Assembly: GCA_963667565.1 (NCBI GenBank)
Contig: OY763415.1
Coordinates: 128,001-192,000 of the forward strand
DNA from: Acholeplasmataceae bacterium
Lineage (GTDB): Bacteria; Bacillota_I; Bacilli_A; Acholeplasmatales; Acholeplasmataceae
Direction of reading: 5' to 3'
Length of the DNA stretch: 64,000 nucleotides
This document shows positions 1-7,929 of the stretch, one piece after another; position 1 is the stretch's first letter; each line of letters begins with the position of its first letter. Made by a program: the position numbers and the translations under genes. Under the pieces are notes generated by a model. The model saw only the letters and a list, made by a program, of their open reading frames with translations. It was not told the DNA's origin and did no database searches.

Positions 1-194
1 TTCAATTATTCTTATCACAAAATATGCACGTTGCTGAACAATTTACGGGTGTTCCTGGAGCGTTTGTTCCACTCAGTGAAACAGTGCGTGGATTTAGAGA
101 AATTATTGAAGGTAAACATGATAATCTACCTGAAGAAGCATTCCAAATGGTTGGTACCATTGATGATGCTATTAAGAAGGCGAAAAACTTATGA
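1..194 (+). CDS. atpD: F1 ATP synthase beta subunit, C-terminal end (5'-truncated by window)
   Basis: Frame from base 3 reads [63 protein letters not shown], the typical AtpD C-terminus. The TGA at 192-194 overlaps the ATG of atpC. Not in the ORF track. Confidence 0.95.
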   Translation, partial: QLFLSQNMHVAEQFTGVPGAFVPLSETVRGFREIIEGKHDNLPEEAFQMVGTIDDAIKKAKNL

Positions 195-583
195 TTTTCA
201 AGGTCTTAACACAATTAGGTGAGACACATCAAGATACGATTGAATATGCAGTCATTAAGAATGCTGATGGCGAAATGGCAATCTTAAAAGACCATATTCC
301 AATCATTTTACATGTTGCAGAAGGTTATTTAAAATTTGTTCAAGAAAAACAAGAAATATTCTTAGTTGTTGAACAAGCAGTCGTTGAATTTAAAAATAAT
401 GAATTAACCATTTTAGCTCTAGAGGCTCAAATTGGAAAAACATTGGAAAACGCAAAAGAAGCTTTTGAAAACATGAAAAAAGAAAAATTAGAACTCACAA
501 AACAAGAAAATGTTGACTTTTCTAAGCTTGAAAAGGATTTAAAAGAAAACATTAAGAAAAGTCGTGCAGGTCATTTATCATAG
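191..583 (+). CDS. atpC: F1 ATP synthase epsilon subunit
   Basis: 130 aa directly after atpD with an ATGA overlap. [13 protein letters not shown] resembles the G.GILP.H.P motif, and the C-terminus is helical. Confidence 0.85.
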   Translation: MIFKVLTQLGETHQDTIEYAVIKNADGEMAILKDHIPIILHVAEGYLKFVQEKQEIFLVVEQAVVEFKNNELTILALEAQIGKTLENAKEAFENMKKEKLELTKQENVDFSKLEKDLKENIKKSRAGHLS

Positions 584-598
584 TTAGGTAGTGATGGT

Positions 599-811
599 AT
601 GGATCAAATTATTTATGTTATTTCAATCGTGATTTTCTTTGTGATTGCTTTAAGAATTCTTAGAGCATTACATATTGAAAATAAATTTGAAAAATTTCAA
701 ATTTGGGAAATAAAAGCTGGTTATTTTTTACTTGCACTTATCATTGCGCATAATTTAGCTGAAATTATGGTGAGATTTTCACAACTATTTGCAGAGTATT
801 TATTGGCATAG
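599..811 (+). CDS. Small membrane protein, DUF1146/YwzB-like
   Basis: 70 aa with two hydrophobic segments. The position after atpC matches ywzB synteny in Bacillota. Confidence 0.65.
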   Translation: MDQIIYVISIVIFFVIALRILRALHIENKFEKFQIWEIKAGYFLLALIIAHNLAEIMVRFSQLFAEYLLA

Positions 812-845
812 TCATTTGACTATGCTTTTTTTTGGAGAGAAATAT

Positions 846-2372
846 ATGAAAAAAACCGCGTTATGGCTGGTTCTTTGTTTGCTGTCTTTTTATTTGGTCA
901 GTTGTGACTTAGGGACATATGATGAAGAGATAGAAACCATTGAAGCTGAAATTAAATCCATTATACCAGAGGCAATCAATAGCGATTATATTTTGCCTGT
1001 TTTTGAGAACTATCAAATTAATTGGAAAATTGATAATCAAATCTATGAAGATACGTATGTATATCAATCCCCTAAAATGGATGAAGACATGGTTTTTAAT
1101 GTGACGATTAAAAGAGGATTCTCATCAAAAACATTTGAAGTTACATCAAAACGTTTATCACTAACATTGGCTAATTATAAAACAAGTTTGTACATCAGTA
1201 TGGATGATTCTATTTCAAATATAAATTTAGACACATATATGAATATGAGTGTCGATGTGATCAGTGAGTTAAATGGTAGTGATCAATTCATTTTAAACAA
1301 CGAATCTGGACGAATTAGAGGTCGTGGAAACTCTACTTGGTATAGTTATCCTAAAAAACCATACAAACTTAAATTTGATGAACGCGTCTCGATTTTAGGT
1401 ATGCCTCATGCTAAGACATATGTTTTACTTGCGGAATATGCGGATCCTTCACTGATGAGAAATGTCATTACTCATGAATTATCGACTTACTTTAATTTAC
1501 GACATACATTAGAAACAAGATATGTTGATTTATATATTAATAATCAATATTTAGGTGTTTATGTGTTAACTGAACAAGTAGAAGTAGATAAAAATAAACT
1601 TGATTTAACGATAGATGCAGATATTAATGATTTAAGTTTCTTTCTTGAACTTGATATGAGATATGTAGATTATCCATCAGTTAACCCTAATGCGTGGATC
1701 AGTATGAATCAAACATTTTACGAAATCAAAGATTTGGATCCTGAGGATTTAACTTATACATTAGAGTATAGAAATCATATCCAGTCATATTTATACGATG
1801 CATATAACCACTTAATCAGTAATGATTATACTGAATATATTGACATGGATGCATGGATTGATTATATGATTGTTCAAGAAATCACTAAAAATGTTGATAA
1901 TTGGTATAGCAGTGTCTATTTATTTAAAGACAAAGGCGGACGATTAACATTTGGTCCTTTATGGGATTTTGATTTCGCATATGGAAATGTGAATTACATT
2001 GAACATACCCCCATTGATTTTTATGGGCTTAGAAGTGATAAAAATATTTGGTTTCATGAGATGATGCAAATCCCAGAGGTTAGAGAAAAATTTAAAGAAC
2101 GTTATATGGATTTTTATAATCAATACAAAGATCAATTTCTATTATTTATTAATCGTCTTTATATGTCATTAATCGACGAAAGCGCAAGAGACGATGCAAC
2201 ATGGGATAGACTGGGTTTAAATGTATGGCCAAACCCTGAAGAAATGGTTGATGCATATACTTTTCAAATGCAATATAATTATTTATATCAGTTTGCAGGA
2301 ACTCGTTTGAATTGGCTTTATAATGCGATGCAAACCGATGAATATGACTTAGGTTTATTTGATCAAATATAA
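846..2372 (+). CDS. CotH kinase-family lipoprotein
   Basis: RBS GGAGAG then ATG at 846; lipobox LVSC; CotH motifs RGRGNST..PKKPYKLKF, VLLAEYADPSLMRN, GVYVLTEQVE and GPLWDFDFAYG. Confidence 0.85.
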   Translation: MKKTALWLVLCLLSFYLVSCDLGTYDEEIETIEAEIKSIIPEAINSDYILPVFENYQINWKIDNQIYEDTYVYQSPKMDEDMVFNVTIKRGFSSKTFEVTSKRLSLTLANYKTSLYISMDDSISNINLDTYMNMSVDVISELNGSDQFILNNESGRIRGRGNSTWYSYPKKPYKLKFDERVSILGMPHAKTYVLLAEYADPSLMRNVITHELSTYFNLRHTLETRYVDLYINNQYLGVYVLTEQVEVDKNKLDLTIDADINDLSFFLELDMRYVDYPSVNPNAWISMNQTFYEIKDLDPEDLTYTLEYRNHIQSYLYDAYNHLISNDYTEYIDMDAWIDYMIVQEITKNVDNWYSSVYLFKDKGGRLTFGPLWDFDFAYGNVNYIEHTPIDFYGLRSDKNIWFHEMMQIPEVREKFKERYMDFYNQYKDQFLLFINRLYMSLIDESARDDATWDRLGLNVWPNPEEMVDAYTFQMQYNYLYQFAGTRLNWLYNAMQTDEYDLGLFDQI

Positions 2373-2374
2373 AA

Positions 2375-2400
2375 ATATACCTATCTTTCGATAGGTATAT
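2375..2400. terminator. Hairpin between convergent cotH-like and yigZ genes
   Basis: ATATACCTATC-TTTC-GATAGGTATAT is a perfect 11-bp stem, with an A-tract upstream serving the minus strand. Confidence 0.7.
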
Positions 2401-2989
2401 AAATATACTGATTTTCACCCTGTTCAATATGAATTAAATGTTTGATTTCATCCAAAAAAGCAAGCTCTTGATCATGAATCGAACACTTAAAGGATACCAT
2501 ATCTAAAAAAGTTTTTTCTAGGATGGTTCCCTTTTCTAGAATAAGTGACTCAACTTGATGAATCAGATGATAAGGAAAAGTGATGGTGTATGTATACACC
2601 TCTTTTTTTTCATAAAAATGAGCTATTTTTAAGACTTCAGAAGCAGCATTAGAATAAGCTCTAACCAATCCACCAGCACCTAATTTAATACCACCAAAAT
2701 ATCTAATGACAATAAGTAATGCATTGGTTAAGTTATGATGATCAATGACGTCTAATATGGGAAGTCCTGCTGTCCCTTTAGGTTCGCCATCATCTTGATA
2801 AGTTGCCCATGCACGATTTTGACCCAGTGTTGCTGCATAACAATAGTGGGTTGCTTTTGAATATTTAGTTTTTGCATCAAAAAGACATCGATCAATATCT
2901 TCTTTAGATTCAATTGGATATAATAATCCAATGAAATCAGATTTGTTAATAACAATTTTATGTTCAAATAGATCTTTAATTTCTAGCAT
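2381..2989 (-). CDS. YigZ/IMPACT family protein
   Basis: Motifs KATHYCYA, DDGEPKGTAGLPIL and RYFGGIKLGAGGLVRAY. Confidence 0.92.
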   Translation of the reverse strand: MLEIKDLFEHKIVINKSDFIGLLYPIESKEDIDRCLFDAKTKYSKATHYCYAATLGQNRAWATYQDDGEPKGTAGLPILDVIDHHNLTNALLIVIRYFGGIKLGAGGLVRAYSNAASEVLKIAHFYEKKEVYTYTITFPYHLIHQVESLILEKGTILEKTFLDMVSFKCSIHDQELAFLDEIKHLIHIEQGENQYIYIPIER

Positions 2990-3073
2990 ACGATCACCAT
3001 ATAAATTATAACATAGACTATGAACTTCATTAAATTTTTGTTATAATACTTTTAGAGTTAAATGGAGGGTCTT

Positions 3074-3928
3074 ATGGGAAAAACATTGGTGATAGACACA
3101 TCAACAGGAGGATTGGATTACTATCCTTTTAAACATGATGTTGAAATATTAAGAATAAAAATTTTTATAAATGAAAAAGGTTATTTAGATGGTACTGAGC
3201 TTAAAGCAGATGAGTTTTATGAGATTTTAAGAAATGATCCTGATTTAGTACCAAAAACATCACAACCATCTATTGGGGAAGTGATTACGTTTTTTGAATC
3301 TTTTTATGAAAAAGGTTATGATAAGTTTTTTGTAACTACAATCTCATCTTTATTATCTGGTACACATAATGCAATTTCACTGGCAAGAGAAGAATTAAAA
3401 GACAAAATGGAGATTAGAGTCTTTGATACAAAAACCGTTTGTTTTTCAGAAGGGTTATTCGCTTTAGAGGCATCTAAAATGATTAGAGAAGGTAAAACTT
3501 TTGACGATATAGAAGTAAAACTCAATCTAATGAGAGAAAATAACACGATTTTCTTTGCAGTAGATTCTCTAGCGTATCTTGTTAAAAATGGACGTTTATC
3601 AGGTGCTGCAGCATTTGTAGGTAAACTTCTAAAAATTAAACCCATCTTACAGGTTCAGTCTACAGGACAAATCGTCTCTATCGAAAAAATTAGAAATATC
3701 AAAGTGGCGTTAGATTCGATTTCTGACAAAGTCTTAGCATATGCGAATGGACGTGAATTTGATGCCTATATATTATATACAGGCAACCCTCGCCTTAAAG
3801 AACATTTTAAAGATATTGTTAAAGAAAGACTCAATTTGGAAAATCTTTATGAAGCACCACAAACACCAGTTGTAGGTGCACACGTGGGACCTGATGTTGT
3901 AGGCATTGGTATTCAATTGAAAGTATAA
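3074..3928 (+). CDS. DegV/FakB fatty-acid-binding protein
   Basis: RBS GGAGGG before ATG 3074; motifs PKTSQPS, ISSLLSGT, YLVKNGRL, LKIKPIL and PVVGAHVGP. Confidence 0.92.
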   Translation: MGKTLVIDTSTGGLDYYPFKHDVEILRIKIFINEKGYLDGTELKADEFYEILRNDPDLVPKTSQPSIGEVITFFESFYEKGYDKFFVTTISSLLSGTHNAISLAREELKDKMEIRVFDTKTVCFSEGLFALEASKMIREGKTFDDIEVKLNLMRENNTIFFAVDSLAYLVKNGRLSGAAAFVGKLLKIKPILQVQSTGQIVSIEKIRNIKVALDSISDKVLAYANGREFDAYILYTGNPRLKEHFKDIVKERLNLENLYEAPQTPVVGAHVGPDVVGIGIQLKV

Positions 3929-3956
3929 AAAAGAACCCTAGGGTTCTTATTTTTTT
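3927..3956. terminator. Bidirectional intrinsic terminator
   Basis: AAGAACCC-TA-GGGTTCTT flanked by an A-run and a T-run, between convergent genes. Confidence 0.7.
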
Positions 3957-4837
3957 ACACGATTTTCAAAATATATGCCCCAGTTCTTTTCAGGCTCTCT
4001 TGGATCTTCTCCACCTTTCCAAGGTTCATCAAAAGCTTCAAAAATATAGACAAGTACATCGTTTTCTTTTGACCATGAAGCTAAATTTTGAAGATATATT
4101 TTTTGATTATTAATGGTTGCTACATCCATTGAGATTCGACTACCATGACTACTTGTAGGCCAACCAGTTTCTGTAATGATAATATCTTTATCTAGATATT
4201 TTAAAACAACTTCTTTATAGTTATTATCAAGAGTTTGGATTGCTTGATCGATGGTTTTTCCTTGCCATGCAGGATATGTATGAATACTGATAAAATCTAC
4301 AACTTCAGATAATGGTGAAAGCTCCTCAATCCAAGTTTGGTATTCTTCACAGTAAGTTATAGGTATATCTGTTTTACCCTTAATCTCTTTAACAATATCA
4401 ACCATACGCTTGATAGGTACTCTTTGATTACTCCAAATAGATCTAATTTCATTACCAATGGAAATGGCAGAAACGATCTCTTTATATATATGTGATAAGT
4501 CAATGATTTCATTGATTAACTCTTGATTAATCAATTTATTAACTAATATTTGATCATCAGTATGCAAATAGAAGAATGGATGGTTAACATGATTTTCTTC
4601 TGCACGAAGTGATAAACCTAGCATAACTTTAAAATTTAACTCATGTTCAGTAATGACTTCAAGCACACGCTTAGCATGTATAGAACAATCAAATAAGCGA
4701 AGATAATAAAAATCGCCTTCTAATAATTTTAAGTCTTCAAGAATCTCTTCTTTACTTGGATATACTTTAATTAAAGGAGAATGTTCTTTTCTATAACCTG
4801 AGTAGTTAATTGCAGGTTTATTAATAAAATATTTCAT
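3947..4837 (-). CDS. Glycoside hydrolase family 17-like (beta-1,3-glucanase/transglucosylase), no signal peptide
   Basis: INYSGYR start, acid/base AISIGNE, VDFISIHTYPAW, nucleophile ITETGWPT, and FEAFDEPWK...EKNWGI. Confidence 0.8.
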   Translation of the reverse strand: MKYFINKPAINYSGYRKEHSPLIKVYPSKEEILEDLKLLEGDFYYLRLFDCSIHAKRVLEVITEHELNFKVMLGLSLRAEENHVNHPFFYLHTDDQILVNKLINQELINEIIDLSHIYKEIVSAISIGNEIRSIWSNQRVPIKRMVDIVKEIKGKTDIPITYCEEYQTWIEELSPLSEVVDFISIHTYPAWQGKTIDQAIQTLDNNYKEVVLKYLDKDIIITETGWPTSSHGSRISMDVATINNQKIYLQNLASWSKENDVLVYIFEAFDEPWKGGEDPREPEKNWGIYFENRVKK

Positions 4838-4962
4838 ATAATTACCTCTAACATGATTATAGCATGAAGTATCAAATATATATATTTGAACTTATCAAAT
4901 TGATTGAAATATTTAGACTATCAATAAATCGCAATAATTGGTATAATATGTGTGGTGATGTA

Positions 4963-6111
4963 ATGAGAAACTTAAATAACGCTCAAATGGTGTTAAAAAT
5001 ATTAAAAAAACATGGATATGAAGCATTTATCGTTGGAGGAGCAGTAAGAGATTATCTTCTTAAAATGCCGCTGACTGATATTGATATCACAACAAATGCA
5101 AGACCATATCAAGTCGCAAAAATATTTGAAACTAAACCTACAGGTATTAAGTATGGTACAGTAACAGTATTTTTCAAAGAAGAAACTTTTGAAGTAACCA
5201 CATATAGAATTGATGGTCCTTATGAAGATCAAAGGCATCCTGATCACGTAACCTATAGTGAAACCGTGACTGAAGATGTGAGCAGAAGAGATTTTACCAT
5301 CAATGGACTTTTAATGGATGAAAATCTCCAAGTTTTTGATTATGTTGAAGGCGAAAAAGATTTGCAATCTAAGATGATTAAGGCCATTGGCGATCCATAT
5401 TTGAGATTTAGTGAAGATGCAATTAGAATGTTAAGAGCAATCTATTTCCAATCAAAACTTGGATTTCAAATATCAAAGGAAACAAGAGAAGCAATTTTTG
5501 ATCTAAAGGATAAACTTACAAATGTTGCTATGGAAAGAGTCTTAGCGGAACTTGTTAAAATTCTAAAAGGTAAACATTTAAAGAAAGCACTTAAAACGAT
5601 GGTAACGACTGAAATCTATCAAGTTTTACCAGGATTAGAAAAAGGTATTTTATATGTGTCTGAACTTGATGAAATGCCGTTTGTTGATGTCTTCTTTACA
5701 TTAAGTTTTGCAATGAATAAAGGCATAGTTCCATCTAAGTGGCCTTTCTCAAATAAACAAAAACATCGTTATTTAACTGCTGCAAAACTTGCAAACAGTA
5801 AAACAGAATTTGACTCAATTGATTTATACACATATGGTATTGATTTATGTTTATTAGCATCAAGAGTGAATTATATGTTAAAAAGAGAAAGACTTATGAA
5901 TAATGAATTGATGAGTCTTTATGAAAAACTTCCAATTCAAAGTGAGTTAGATTTAAAACTTAAGCCATTTGAAATGATGGCAATTACGGATAAAAAAGCA
6001 GGCGCTTGGCTTAAAGAAGTTCAACAGGCGATGGTTCTTGCTATCTTAAGAAATGAACTTAAAAACGATCAAGAAGAACTCAAACAATTCTTGATGAATC
6101 ATATGAAATGA
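4963..6111 (+). CDS. cca: CCA-adding tRNA nucleotidyltransferase
   Basis: Motifs VGGAVRD, DIDITT, EVTTYR, RRDFTING and FSEDAIRMLRA. Start moved to ATG 4963 after GGTGA. Confidence 0.9.
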   Translation: MRNLNNAQMVLKILKKHGYEAFIVGGAVRDYLLKMPLTDIDITTNARPYQVAKIFETKPTGIKYGTVTVFFKEETFEVTTYRIDGPYEDQRHPDHVTYSETVTEDVSRRDFTINGLLMDENLQVFDYVEGEKDLQSKMIKAIGDPYLRFSEDAIRMLRAIYFQSKLGFQISKETREAIFDLKDKLTNVAMERVLAELVKILKGKHLKKALKTMVTTEIYQVLPGLEKGILYVSELDEMPFVDVFFTLSFAMNKGIVPSKWPFSNKQKHRYLTAAKLANSKTEFDSIDLYTYGIDLCLLASRVNYMLKRERLMNNELMSLYEKLPIQSELDLKLKPFEMMAITDKKAGAWLKEVQQAMVLAILRNELKNDQEELKQFLMNHMK

Positions 6112-6120
6112 GGGATATGA

Positions 6121-7044
6121 ATGACTTTAAAAGAAAATCAAACATATAAAATCATCGGAAAAATTGAAAGTATCAATCATGGTCCACATTTTTGTAATAC
6201 AACAGTAACTACAAAAGATGGAGAACATATTAATTTTAAATTAGATTTTGAACAATTAGATTTAATCTCTACAGGTAAGCTTTATGAATTTGAAGCATTA
6301 GCTGTTGTTAAAGTAGAAGATGAACTTATTCTAAAGTGTGTGGGTATTACTCCAGCTGAAGATGTACTATCATCAGAAGAATTATCACAACTTTTAGAAG
6401 TGTTCTATGTTTATGCACCTATGCCTCTTAAAGAAATTAAGACTGGTGTAGAATCATTTTTAAATCAAATTGATAATGAGATTTTAAAGAAGATTACAAA
6501 AACGATTTATGATCAAAAAAGCAAAAAATTCTACATGCATCCAGCAGCAACTAAATTTCATCATGCTTATGTAGGTGGATTAAGCTATCATACGTATACG
6601 ATGCTTAAACTCATAGATGGGTTCTTACTTGTCTATCCATATTTGAATAAAGATTTATTATATGCAGCAACCATTCTACATGATATGGCAAAAATTGATG
6701 AGATTAGTGGTGTCGATGGAGAATATACAAAAGAAGGTATGCTCATTGGACATTTAGTCATGGAAACGATTGATATTGATGGTGTTGCTAGACAATTAGG
6801 TTATGCAGAAAGCGAAGAAGTGTTGATGCTTAAGCACATGATTTTATCCCATCATGGACAATTTCATTTTGGATCTCCTAAAAAGCCACAAACAGGAGAA
6901 GCACTACTCTTATGGTTTATTGACACTATAGATTCTAAATTTACAGTATTAGGTGAAACCTTAGATCAAACTGCAGAGGGTACATTTACTCAAATGATTG
7001 CAGTGATGGATAAGATGAAATTTTATAAACACAAAGTTAAATAA
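6121..7044 (+). CDS. yhaM: 3'-5' exoribonuclease YhaM-like (OB fold + HD domain)
   Basis: Motifs HPAATKFHHAYVGGLSYHT, ILHDMAK, GHL, HMILSHHG and GSPKKP. Confidence 0.85.
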   Translation: MTLKENQTYKIIGKIESINHGPHFCNTTVTTKDGEHINFKLDFEQLDLISTGKLYEFEALAVVKVEDELILKCVGITPAEDVLSSEELSQLLEVFYVYAPMPLKEIKTGVESFLNQIDNEILKKITKTIYDQKSKKFYMHPAATKFHHAYVGGLSYHTYTMLKLIDGFLLVYPYLNKDLLYAATILHDMAKIDEISGVDGEYTKEGMLIGHLVMETIDIDGVARQLGYAESEEVLMLKHMILSHHGQFHFGSPKKPQTGEALLLWFIDTIDSKFTVLGETLDQTAEGTFTQMIAVMDKMKFYKHKVK

Positions 7045-7048
7045 GGAT

Positions 7049-7075
7049 AAAAGTATCTCTTGTAGATACTTTTTT
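7049..7075 (+). terminator. Intrinsic terminator after yhaM
   Basis: AAAAGTATCT-CTTGT-AGATACTTTT followed by Ts. Confidence 0.7.
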
Positions 7076-7145
7076 ATTTAATTTTTTTTAAAATACTATG
7101 AAGTGTATTATAATGAGACTATATAATTTTTAAATGAGGATATAG

Positions 7146-7859
7146 ATGGGTACATTAATTAATGTGGGTGCAATCATTTTAGCATCTGTTCTAGGGGTTT
7201 TACTTAAAAAAGGATTATCAGAAAAAATACAAAAAGCAGTTATATTTTCCATAGGACTTGGATTATTTGCATTATCACTAGGATGGTTTATTAAAGATTT
7301 TATTGTGATTTCAACGGATTTATCGATCACAACTAGATATGATTTACTCATCATCATATCACTTGTCCTAGGAACGATTATAGGTACATGGATTGATATT
7401 GATGAGAAGATTAATCAATTCGCGTTAAAGTTTGAGACTAAGTTTAAATTGCCTCCGATTGCCAAAGGATTTGTTACTGCAACCTTGATCTTTAGTGTTG
7501 GGGCAATGTCAATTACAGGATCTATACAAGATGGTTTAGGACAAGGTATGACAACGTTACTCGTCAAGTCTACATTAGACTTTTTCACAGGGATGATTTT
7601 AGCATCAGCATTAGGGATTGGTGTTATCTTTTCTGCCATTGTCGTCTTAATCTATCAAGGGGGTATCACATTATTAGCAGCTTTCTTAAGTGCATATATG
7701 ACACCTGAGATGATTTTAACTATTTCAATGATTGGTAATCTAATGTTGATTGCTATTGCATTTAATTTTATGGAGATTGCGAAAGTCAAAGTTGCAAACT
7801 TGTTACCAGCACTACTGATACCAATCATTTATTTAATTATTCAAAATTGGTTATTCTAA
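7146..7859 (+). CDS. DUF554 (YdfK-like) membrane protein
   Basis: MGTLINVGAII start, GFVTATLIFSVGAMSITGSIQDG, KSTLDFF and YQGGIT; multiple TM segments. Confidence 0.85.
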   Translation: MGTLINVGAIILASVLGVLLKKGLSEKIQKAVIFSIGLGLFALSLGWFIKDFIVISTDLSITTRYDLLIIISLVLGTIIGTWIDIDEKINQFALKFETKFKLPPIAKGFVTATLIFSVGAMSITGSIQDGLGQGMTTLLVKSTLDFFTGMILASALGIGVIFSAIVVLIYQGGITLLAAFLSAYMTPEMILTISMIGNLMLIAIAFNFMEIAKVKVANLLPALLIPIIYLIIQNWLF

Positions 7860-7874
7860 ATGAAATTATTAAAC

Positions 7875-7909
7875 AAAAAAAAGACCTTGAGTATTCTCAA
7901 AGTCTTTTT
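7875..7909. terminator. Bidirectional intrinsic terminator
   Basis: AAAAAGACCTTGAG-TATT-CTCAAAGTCTTTTT between convergent genes. Confidence 0.7.
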
Positions 7910-7929
7910 ATTTATCGTTAAATCGTGAA

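Noticed and set aside
31..222. 63-aa ORF from the track
   Set aside because: It is an alternative frame over the true atpD C-terminus (frame from base 3).
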